This document shows, one piece after another, positions 55,982-64,000 of a DNA stretch of 64,000 nt. How positions within the stretch are numbered: position 1 is the first letter of the stretch; every line of letters starts with the position of its first letter. The DNA lies in assembly GCA_007375725.1 (NCBI GenBank), contig VMEV01000003.1, positions 50 to 64,049 on the forward strand. The letters are read 5' to 3'. The notes beneath the pieces were generated by a model. That model saw nothing but the letters and a program-made list of their open reading frames with translations. It ran no database searches and was not told where the DNA came from. The stretch is from Parcubacteria group bacterium Greene0416_36. GTDB taxonomy: Bacteria; Patescibacteriota; Patescibacteriia; VMEV01. The position numbers and the translations under genes are program-made.

Positions 55982-57253
55982 ATGGAAATCAAACCAGAAA
56001 TGGAGTCAGTGGCAAAAATTAAAGTCATCGGGGTGGGAGGAAGCGGAGGGGCCACTATTAATAAAATGGTTCAGTATAATATACCGAGCGTGGATTTTAT
56101 TACGATGAATACGGATGCACAGGCTCTTCGATATTCCTTGGCTCCGATCAAGATGCATATCGGCAAAGCCGTGACCCGCGGACTAGGCGCAGGCATGGAT
56201 CCGGAGATGGGGCGGAAATCCGCGGAAGAGAATCAAAATGAGATACGAGAATTGCTCAAGGGCGCGGATATGGTTTTTATCACTTGCGGGCTGGGTGGGG
56301 GGACCGGAACCGGTGCGGCTCCTGTTGTGGCCGCTATTGCTAAAGAAATGGGCGCCCTCACCGTAGCCGTGGTGACTAAGCCCTTCTCCTTTGAAGGAAA
56401 TCAGCGCAGGATGGTGGCCGAGAAAGGGTATGAAAATTTAATAGGCAAGGTGGATTCGATTATCACTATACCCAATGACCGGATATTGCAAATCATCGAT
56501 AAAAAAACGACTTTACTCGATGCGTTTTCCGTCGTGGATGATGTGCTCCGCCAAGGGGTGCAGGGCATTTCGGAGCTGATTACGGTCCATGGGATGACCA
56601 ATGTGGATTTCGCGGATGTGAAATTCATCATGCAAAGCTCGGGCACTGCGATCATGGGCATCGGCATGGGAAAAGGGGAGAATCGGGCCATCGACGCGGC
56701 CAAGGCTGCCATTGAGTGTCCTCTTCTGGATGTGTCCATCACCGGAGCCACGGGCGTCCTCTTCACGGTGACCGGAGGCAAGGACTTGGGAATGTTCGAA
56801 CTCACGGACGCGGCCAAAATTATTACCGAACAAGTCGCGCCGGACGCCAGAATCATTTATGGAACCGTGATTGATGAGAAAATGACCGATGAGGTGAAGG
56901 TCACCGTGGTCGCCACCGGTTTTGGAGGAGGTGCCGCCGCTATGGCCAAGAGAGATGCTACTTCTCCCAGAGAGGTTGCATCGGATGTGAAATTTTCTGC
57001 TAATAAATATTCTACTGTCTCAGGCGCCAATCCGATTCGCCGCTTTGGTGTTTCGGAATCCGTGTCCGGCGGGAGCGAAAGAACTGGGGGGGAAGGGTCT
57101 CGATCGGAGGGCAATAAAAATGTCCAGGAAAAACATTCCTTTAAGATGGTTCGCCCCGAATCGGTCGCCAGTGTCATGGATAATGTCTCTGATGCTCCAG
57201 CCGGCGACAGCGATTTGGATATTCCGGCCTTTATCCGCAAAAAAATGGCGTGA
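55982..57253 (+). CDS. ftsZ: Cell division protein FtsZ
   Basis: GGGTGTG, NVDFAD, C-terminal LDIPAFIR. Confidence 0.98.
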   Translation: MEIKPEMESVAKIKVIGVGGSGGATINKMVQYNIPSVDFITMNTDAQALRYSLAPIKMHIGKAVTRGLGAGMDPEMGRKSAEENQNEIRELLKGADMVFITCGLGGGTGTGAAPVVAAIAKEMGALTVAVVTKPFSFEGNQRRMVAEKGYENLIGKVDSIITIPNDRILQIIDKKTTLLDAFSVVDDVLRQGVQGISELITVHGMTNVDFADVKFIMQSSGTAIMGIGMGKGENRAIDAAKAAIECPLLDVSITGATGVLFTVTGGKDLGMFELTDAAKIITEQVAPDARIIYGTVIDEKMTDEVKVTVVATGFGGGAAAMAKRDATSPREVASDVKFSANKYSTVSGANPIRRFGVSESVSGGSERTGGEGSRSEGNKNVQEKHSFKMVRPESVASVMDNVSDAPAGDSDLDIPAFIRKKMA

Positions 57254-57317
57254 TTACTCAACAATTCACATTTTTTGAAAATTTTGTTATTATTTTTTGA
57301 TATTAACAAAATGTCGT

Positions 57318-58568
57318 ATGAATAATAAAAATACAATTCCAGCCTTGCTTTTATTATCCAGTTTAGGGATGGGGTTTTTGGGCGGGGTTTTGGGCGTCCT
57401 TTTATCCAAAAGTACCCTTGCTATCCAAGCAAAAGATGGCATTTTAGAAGATTTATCAATCCCTTTGCAAATACAAGAAGAGGAAAATGCCACCATTTCC
57501 TCGGTCACTAAAGCGATGCCATCGGTTGTCAGCATTGTTGTCTCTAAGGATCGAGCCTTATTATACCGTGGCGCGGGGATGGAAGATTTATTTTTCGGAT
57601 TTCCTTTTGGCTCATCTCCTTATCGGGGCGGCAATCCAATTGTGCCAGAGAATGTCGCCAATAATGAAGATACTGCCGGAGAATCCATTCGAGAACAGGT
57701 GGGTGGGGGCACGGGATTTATTATTTCGGCAGATGGAATGATTCTCACCAATAAACATGTGGTTTCGCTCGAAGCTGCCGAATATACGGTGGTTACTCAA
57801 GACGGCAAAGAATATCCGGCAACTGTACTCGGCAAGGATCCTTTTAATGATTTTGCCATTGTTAAGATAACAGCCCCGGAATCCCTTCCTGTTTTGGAAT
57901 TGGGAGACTCGGACCAGATACGAATTGGCCAGACAGCTATTGCTATTGGCTACAGTCTGGGCCAGTTTAAGGATACGGTGACCAAGGGAATTGTCAGCGC
58001 GATTAACCGGAGAGTAGTGGCAGGCGATGGTCTGGGAGCTAGCGAAGTGATCGAAGAGGCGATACAGACGGATGCGGCCATCAATCCCGGTAATTCCGGA
58101 GGACCCCTCCTCGATATCGCGGGCCGGGTGATCGGAATCAATACGGCTGTGAGTCAGTCTGGGCAGCTGATTGGTTTTGCCATCCCCATCAATAGCGCCA
58201 AAGCTGTGATAGATAATGTGAAAAAATTTGGACGTTTGGTTCGTCCTTTCCTTGGCGTTCGTTATATTTTGATCGATGAGTCGATTGCCGAAGAGCGGAA
58301 GCTGTCTCGTGATCATGGTGCCTTGATTGCCCGATCGGAGAGAAAGAATGATCCTACGATATTGCCCGGATCTCCGGCCGAGAAAGCGGGTTTGGCCGAA
58401 GGAGATATCATTTTGGAGGTCGATGGCACGGAGGTCGACCAAAAGAATTCTCTCCCGGAGCTCATCTCTCGAAAATTACCCGGAGATACAGTCTCGCTTA
58501 AAGTTCTCCGAGAAGAAAAAGAAATCACAAAGCCCGTTGTGCTGGAAGAATTTGTGGCTAAATTATGA
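57318..58568 (+). CDS. htrA: HtrA/DegP-like serine protease with one PDZ domain
   Basis: LTNKHVV, QTDAAINPGNSGGP, PDZ (SPAEKAGL). Confidence 0.93.
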   Translation: MNNKNTIPALLLLSSLGMGFLGGVLGVLLSKSTLAIQAKDGILEDLSIPLQIQEEENATISSVTKAMPSVVSIVVSKDRALLYRGAGMEDLFFGFPFGSSPYRGGNPIVPENVANNEDTAGESIREQVGGGTGFIISADGMILTNKHVVSLEAAEYTVVTQDGKEYPATVLGKDPFNDFAIVKITAPESLPVLELGDSDQIRIGQTAIAIGYSLGQFKDTVTKGIVSAINRRVVAGDGLGASEVIEEAIQTDAAINPGNSGGPLLDIAGRVIGINTAVSQSGQLIGFAIPINSAKAVIDNVKKFGRLVRPFLGVRYILIDESIAEERKLSRDHGALIARSERKNDPTILPGSPAEKAGLAEGDIILEVDGTEVDQKNSLPELISRKLPGDTVSLKVLREEKEITKPVVLEEFVAKL

Positions 58569-59693
58569 CTTGGCAGGAAGCTAAAAATTTAATGGTGGAC
58601 CTCCGCGTGCGAATCGACAACACGTGGGGGTTGCTTTGACTTGGAAAATCGCTTGGCCCAGATTGTAGAACTCGAAGGTGAAATGGCTGAAGCGGGATTC
58701 TGGCAGAGGCCCGGGGCAGAAAAAAAAGCCAGAGAGTTTGGGGCGTGGAAAGAAGAAGTCGAGGGATGGAAAAAGCTGCGTTCCACTATTCTGGCTCTCA
58801 CCTCTCTTTTGGAAGAGGCCCAGGTTGCCAATGATTTGGAATTATTGTCTTCGATCATGGCTGAATATCGGGAAGCCGAGGCCTCTTTCTCCAAAATGGA
58901 GTTTGGCGTTTTTTTGGGCGGGCCTTATGATGATTTGGGCGCACTTCTCAGCATTCACGGAGGAACCGGAGGGGTGGACGCGCAGGATTGGGCGCAAATG
59001 CTTATGCGCATGATCATTCGTTTTTGCGAGAAAAAGAAATGGAACGTGACTATTTTATCCCTCTCCGCCGGGGGCGAAGCGGGAATCAAAAGCGTGGATA
59101 TCCGAATTGAGGGGCGTTTTGTCTATGGCCATCTCAAAAGCGAGGCAGGACTGCATCGGCTGGTTCGCATTTCTCCTTTCGGCTCGGCGGATACGCGGCA
59201 GACTTCTTTTTCCTTGATTGAGGTGATCCCCCTCTTTGATGATATTTCGGAGATCGAGATTCGTCCGGAGGACCTGCGGGTGGATACCTTTTTGGCCGGG
59301 GGGCATGGAGGGCAGGGGGTTCAGACGACTTATTCAGCCGTCAGAGTGGTTCATCTTCCCACGGGAATAACTGTTGCCTGCCAGAATGAACGTTCTCAAA
59401 TACAGAATCGTGAAACTGCCATCAGTGTGCTTAAAAATAGGCTCTACCAAAAAGCCCTTGAAGAAAAGGAGTCCAAAGAAAAAAAATTACGGGGACAGCA
59501 TAAAGAGAGTCAGTGGGGAAGCCAGATACGCTCTTATGTTTTGCACCCTTATAAATTGGTCAAGGATCATCGCTCCGGCCACGAATCAACCGATCCGGAG
59601 AGCATTTTGGATGGAGAGTTGGATCTGTTTATGCTGGCTTATCTCCGCTGGGCCAAAGGGCTAGAAGTGCAGGACAAAAAGCCAAGCAATTGA
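58565..59693 (+). CDS. prfB: Peptide chain release factor 2 with programmed +1 frameshift
   Basis: ATG 58565, 24 codons, GGGGG-TTG-CTT-TGA-C at 58626-58640, then SPF and GGQ motifs in the +1 frame. Confidence 0.97.
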
Positions 59694-59746
59694 TTATTTT
59701 ATTGTTTTAATATAATCTATTAGATTATTAAATCGAATTTTAGTGT

Positions 59747-60667
59747 ATGGGAAAAAGTATTTTAGTCACTGGCGGGGCTGGTTTTATAGGGTCTCATCTT
59801 GTGGATGCCTTGGTTTTGGCTGGCCATGTCGTGGTGGTGGTGGATGATTTATCCGTCGGGAAAAAAATGTTTTTGAATAAGGGGGCGAGATTTTCCAAAA
59901 AAGATATCCGAAGCGAGTCCATGGATGCTTTATTTAAAAAATACCAGTTTGATTGGGTTTTTCATTTGGCCGCGCATAAAAGTATTCGCCACTCTCTGGA
60001 ACATCCGAGCTATGACGCAGATATCAATATCATGGGAAGCCTTAATATCATTGAGCTAGCGGTCAAATATGGGGTGGAGCGACTGATTTTTCCGTCTTCG
60101 GCGGCCGTGTACGGCAACTGCCCGACCATCCCCAGCCATGAGAATATCAATGTTTATCCTATAAGCCCTTATGGAATCAGTAAATATTCTATTGAACTCT
60201 ATTTGAATTTTCTCAGGGAGCATCGGGGGCTTTGCTCGGCGGCGCTTCGTTTTTCCAGTGTCTATGGCCCGAGGCAGGATACTTCCGGAGATGCGGGGGT
60301 GATCGCGGTTTTTGTTCATAAGGTAATCAAGGGAGAAACGCCGACGGTGTTTGGAGATGGCACCCAGTCCCGCGATTTTGTGTTTGTGGGCGATATCGTG
60401 CGCGCTGCGATTTTGGCCGCGGAATCAAGTTATTGCGGAGTCGTGAATGTAGGGACGAATCACGAGATCTCTTTGAATATGCTGCTCGATTCCATGCGCC
60501 GGGCGTCCGGAAAAAATTTCAAGGTGGAATATGCAGACTGGGTGCCGGGAGAAATTCGCCGCAGTCTCCTGGATAATTCTTTGGCCCAGAGAGTGCTAGG
60601 GTGGGCACCGGAAGTGAGCCTAGATGAGGGGCTTCGTAGAACCTTTGAGTATTTCCGAGCTAAATAA
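59747..60667 (+). CDS. NAD-dependent epimerase/dehydratase (GalE-like)
   Basis: TGGAGFIGSH, SSAAVYG, YGISK, VYGPRQ. Confidence 0.93.
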   Translation: MGKSILVTGGAGFIGSHLVDALVLAGHVVVVVDDLSVGKKMFLNKGARFSKKDIRSESMDALFKKYQFDWVFHLAAHKSIRHSLEHPSYDADINIMGSLNIIELAVKYGVERLIFPSSAAVYGNCPTIPSHENINVYPISPYGISKYSIELYLNFLREHRGLCSAALRFSSVYGPRQDTSGDAGVIAVFVHKVIKGETPTVFGDGTQSRDFVFVGDIVRAAILAAESSYCGVVNVGTNHEISLNMLLDSMRRASGKNFKVEYADWVPGEIRRSLLDNSLAQRVLGWAPEVSLDEGLRRTFEYFRAK

Positions 60668-60678
60668 TTTCTTGATAT

Positions 60679-61974
60679 ATGACCGTGGGAATTGTCGGCG
60701 CCGGTCCGGTGGGACTCACCTATGCGGTGGGTTTGGCTAAAAAAGGTTTTGGGGTGCAGGTTGTAGACATTGATAAAAATAAAATCAATTCTCTTCGAGG
60801 CGGCAAAGTGCCTTTTTATGAGAAAGGATTGGAAGAGGCGCTGAGTCAGGCTATAATTCTCGGAACTATTGCTTTTTGGGATCAGTGGAATTTGGATACT
60901 CTGCCTGATATCTGGATTATCTGCGTGGGGACGCCGGAGGGAAAAGACGGACGAGCGGATCTCCGCTTTTATAAAGGAGCCTTGAGTTCGCTCGTTCCTT
61001 TTTTGAAGAATCAAGCCATAGTCATCAACAAAAGTACGGTGCCTTTGGGAACTGCCCAGATGGCGGATGCTTTTTTTAAAACTCAGGTTCCTGATAAAAA
61101 AATTTTCGTCCTTTCAAACCCCGAATTTTTGGCGCAGGGAAAATCCATGGAAGACTTTTGGGATCCACAGCGTATTGTTATTGGCCAAGGGCATCCGGAA
61201 GAGTTTGTCAGAAAATCTCTGGAGGAGATCTATGGCTGGGCCAAGTGTCCTTTTGTATGGACCGATTGGAATACGGCTGAGCTCATCAAATATGCCTCGA
61301 ACGCTTACTTGGCCACTCAGATATCATTTATTAATTCTATTGCCGGAATATGCGAATCCATTGGCGCGGATGTCACCGAGGTGGCCGCCGCCATGAAGCT
61401 GGATGACCGCATCGGGAAAAAAGCTTTTTTGGGTGCGGGACTGGGATATGGAGGCAGTTGTTTTTCTAAAGATATTCAGTCTCTTATTTCTCTTGGGAAA
61501 GAGACGGGCGCTGCGGTCGAATTATTGGAGGCTGTGGATCACATGAACGACAAACAAATCAGGAGATTTATTTCTAAAATCACCGGCGCTCTGGGTGGGG
61601 ATATAACTGGCAAAACCATTGCTATTTGGGGACTTGCCTTTAAGCCTCATACGGATGATCTTCGAAGTGCCCCCTCCATAGAAATCATCGATTCTTTGGA
61701 GTCCTTGGGGGCTAAGGTCCGGGCTTATGATCCAAAAGTGGGAGAAAAAATTTTAGCCCGATGCCCTGGGGTTCGGGTTTGTTCCTCAGCCGGGGAGGCT
61801 GCGTCTGGGGCTGACTGTATTGCTCTCTGTACCCAATGGGAGGAATTTCGAGATGTTTCATTTGAGGAACTCGCGGCCTCGGTCCGCAGTCCCATTTTGG
61901 TCGACGGGCGAAATCAGTTTGACAAAGAGCTTCTCGCTGGCTTAGGTTGGAAATATATTAGCATCGGCAGATAA
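60679..61974 (+). CDS. ugd: UDP-glucose/GDP-mannose dehydrogenase
   Basis: KSTVP.GT, NPEFL, KYASN, GYGGSCF, FKP.TDDLR. Confidence 0.93.
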   Translation: MTVGIVGAGPVGLTYAVGLAKKGFGVQVVDIDKNKINSLRGGKVPFYEKGLEEALSQAIILGTIAFWDQWNLDTLPDIWIICVGTPEGKDGRADLRFYKGALSSLVPFLKNQAIVINKSTVPLGTAQMADAFFKTQVPDKKIFVLSNPEFLAQGKSMEDFWDPQRIVIGQGHPEEFVRKSLEEIYGWAKCPFVWTDWNTAELIKYASNAYLATQISFINSIAGICESIGADVTEVAAAMKLDDRIGKKAFLGAGLGYGGSCFSKDIQSLISLGKETGAAVELLEAVDHMNDKQIRRFISKITGALGGDITGKTIAIWGLAFKPHTDDLRSAPSIEIIDSLESLGAKVRAYDPKVGEKILARCPGVRVCSSAGEAASGADCIALCTQWEEFRDVSFEELAASVRSPILVDGRNQFDKELLAGLGWKYISIGR

Positions 61975-62038
61975 AAAGAATGACGAATTCATTTCCTTTT
62001 TCTTACCCTTCACCTGATTTTTAATTGGGTGGAGGTTT

Positions 62039-63481
62039 ATGTTTTTATTTTTTCGGCATTTTACGCGGTGCGTATTCTCATTTCTATTGGGGATTGTCTG
62101 CTTTTATGCCTTAGGGGAGAGTGCTCTCGTGGCGGGGTTTTTATGTTTGGGAGTTTGGGGGGTATTTTCCCGTAGATATTTATTGGCTGGATTATTGCTC
62201 CTGTTATTTTTCGGAGGCACGCTCCGCTCCTATGCTGATTTGTCTTTGTGGGAATATCACGATAATACGAGAGGTTTTTGGGGCCAGTCGGTGGTTTTTC
62301 GTGGAAAAGTGGCAACCTCGAAAGAGACACAATCCGGCATGAGCTATGAAATCGTGTCTCTCGAACCGTTTATTTCCGGCCGACTCGCCTCTCGGGGAGA
62401 CATTTACCCGCGTCTTTTTCGGGGAGATATTATCGAGGCACGGTGTCGGGTGGAGGCGCCGGTTTCCTCGTCGGATTTTGATTACGCCCGATATCTATTG
62501 GGGCGGAAAATAAAGTCGATTTGCCAGAATCTAAGCTGGGAAAAAATAGGGAGCGAGGATCAGGGAATGATTGCCCTCGGGGTAGAGGCTTCCAAAAAAT
62601 GGCTGGATCGGACATGGAACCGTTTGCTTTCACCCCCGTATTCGTCCTTGGTTTTGGCTCTGGTTTTCGGCGATGCTCGGGGTTTGGATTCCGCCAGCCG
62701 TGATCTGTTTGCGAAAGCGGGATTGTCCCATATTTTGGTGGTGTCGGGCTGGCATATCAGTTTTTTTATCGATCTCTTAGTTCGCGGGGGAACTCGGGTG
62801 GGCATTCCCAAGCCGTGGAAACTAGTTCCAGTTTTGGCCATGCTTTTATTTTATCTCCTGATTCTCGATTTTCAGAGCGCGGCCCTGCGGAGTGCGATCA
62901 TGGGTGTTTTGGCTTTTGGCGCGGCACTCTCGGGACGAGTCTATGATTCGCGCCGTGCGTTATTTTTTTCGGCGGGTCTTATGTCTCTGGCTTCTCCTTC
63001 TATTATTTTCTACGATATTGGATTTCAGTTGTCTTTTTTGGCGACCTTGGGAATACTGGTTTTGGAGAAAACCATCACCGGTTGGATTCCCGCGATTTTT
63101 TCTTGGGGAAAGATACGCGAGCATGCCTCCCTCACTATCGCCGCCTCTATTTTTACCCAGCCTCTCCTCTTGTATTATTTTGGCGTATTTTCTCCCGTAG
63201 CTCTCTTGGCCAATGTGCTGGTTTTGCCTTTTGTTGCCTCTATTGTACTCTCGGGTTTAGCCGTGACTGTGATTGCCGCGGTGTGGTTTACACTGGCCCA
63301 ATATCTTTCGATTTTATTATGGCTTGCCTTGATTCTGCTTGAAAATAGTATCCAATTGCTTCTTCGGATCCCCTATGCCTATTTTGACTTCCGTTTGGGA
63401 GGAGTCGGATTGCTCTCTATTTATTTATGTTTTGGTCTTATTCCTATCGTGCTTTATCAGAAAAATAAGAAGAGAGTATGA
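62039..63481 (+). CDS. comEC: ComEC/Rec2 competence membrane protein
   Basis: GLSHILVVSGWH, RSAIM, GFQLSFLATLG. Confidence 0.94.
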   Translation: MFLFFRHFTRCVFSFLLGIVCFYALGESALVAGFLCLGVWGVFSRRYLLAGLLLLLFFGGTLRSYADLSLWEYHDNTRGFWGQSVVFRGKVATSKETQSGMSYEIVSLEPFISGRLASRGDIYPRLFRGDIIEARCRVEAPVSSSDFDYARYLLGRKIKSICQNLSWEKIGSEDQGMIALGVEASKKWLDRTWNRLLSPPYSSLVLALVFGDARGLDSASRDLFAKAGLSHILVVSGWHISFFIDLLVRGGTRVGIPKPWKLVPVLAMLLFYLLILDFQSAALRSAIMGVLAFGAALSGRVYDSRRALFFSAGLMSLASPSIIFYDIGFQLSFLATLGILVLEKTITGWIPAIFSWGKIREHASLTIAASIFTQPLLLYYFGVFSPVALLANVLVLPFVASIVLSGLAVTVIAAVWFTLAQYLSILLWLALILLENSIQLLLRIPYAYFDFRLGGVGLLSIYLCFGLIPIVLYQKNKKRV

Positions 63482-64000
63482 AGCGATTGTATTTATTGTT
63501 GGCATTGGTCATTGTTGGGGTGGGTGTATTTTGGTTTTGGATCTGTCAGACGGACTTCATTATGGAAGTTTCCATTTTAGATGTGGGGCAGGGGGATTCG
63601 ATTCTGGTCCGGTCTCCCGAGAAAATTATGTTGATCGACGGCGGTCCGAATGCGCGGGCCGTGTCGGAATTGGGCAGGGTTTTGCCCGCGGGTACAAAAA
63701 AGCTTGATTGGGTGGTGATCACGCATCCGCATCTCGATCATTTTGGCGGATTATTTTGGGTTGCGGATCGATATGAGATCGGCGAGCTGTGGGTCTTTAC
63801 CGTATCGGGAAGCCCTCAGTATGAGCGGTTTTTATCTTTGGCTCGGGAGAAAAAAATTCCTGTCAGGATGCCTGCGGCTCCGGAGCAGATTGATTTGGGG
63901 GGAGGTGTTCGGGTGGAAGTTCTCTACCCTTTTCAGGCCGGTAATCCCTTCACGAACAATGACTCGGTCGTCCTCAAGGCAAGCTATGGCGAGATTGAGT
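63478..64000 (+). CDS. ComEC-associated metallo-beta-lactamase fold protein (partial, runs off the window)
   Basis: ATG overlaps the comEC stop; LDVGQGDS, LIDGGP, THPHLDHFGG, NNDSVV. Confidence 0.92.
   Translation, partial: MKRLYLLLALVIVGVGVFWFWICQTDFIMEVSILDVGQGDSILVRSPEKIMLIDGGPNARAVSELGRVLPAGTKKLDWVVITHPHLDHFGGLFWVADRYEIGELWVFTVSGSPQYERFLSLAREKKIPVRMPAAPEQIDLGGGVRVEVLYPFQAGNPFTNNDSVVLKASYGEIE

Noticed and set aside
63339-63707. 122-aa ORF at the window end
   Set aside because: Wrong frame; the real gene is the MBL-fold ORF starting at 63478
1-64000. Alternative genetic code (UGA=Gly) or prophage
   Set aside because: Genes end in TGA, prfB is present, and no phage or integrase genes were recognised

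Overview
Chromosomal segment of a Patescibacteria (CPR) bacterium, most likely Parcubacteria/ABY1-like. This is inferred from gene content: VirB2/TrbC-like pilin-anchored giant Cys-rich Ig proteins, split ComEC, GH15 and the lepB-hisS-rpsU order. It uses genetic code 11 (TGA stops, frameshifted prfB). Mostly housekeeping genes (prmC, prfA, rpmE, trpS, nrdAB, pepA, xth, parAB, topA, dprA, pth, der, lepB, rpsU, ybeY, dgkA, ftsAZ, htrA, prfB, ugd, comEC), four tRNAs, small AT-rich inserts near tRNAs and at least four families of palindromic repeats. Most notable observations: (1) a promoter- and terminator-bounded ~230-nt candidate sRNA with two long hairpins carrying the same anti-Shine-Dalgarno-like loop; (2) a HisRS homologue that has lost catalytic residues but keeps its anticodon-binding domain; (3) a candidate type I toxin-antitoxin locus beside tRNA-Tyr; (4) a class Ic (Mn/Fe-type) ribonucleotide reductase next to a ZIP transporter and two unannotated His- or Cys-rich micro-ORFs. 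All calls come from reading the sequence by eye; no searches were run.
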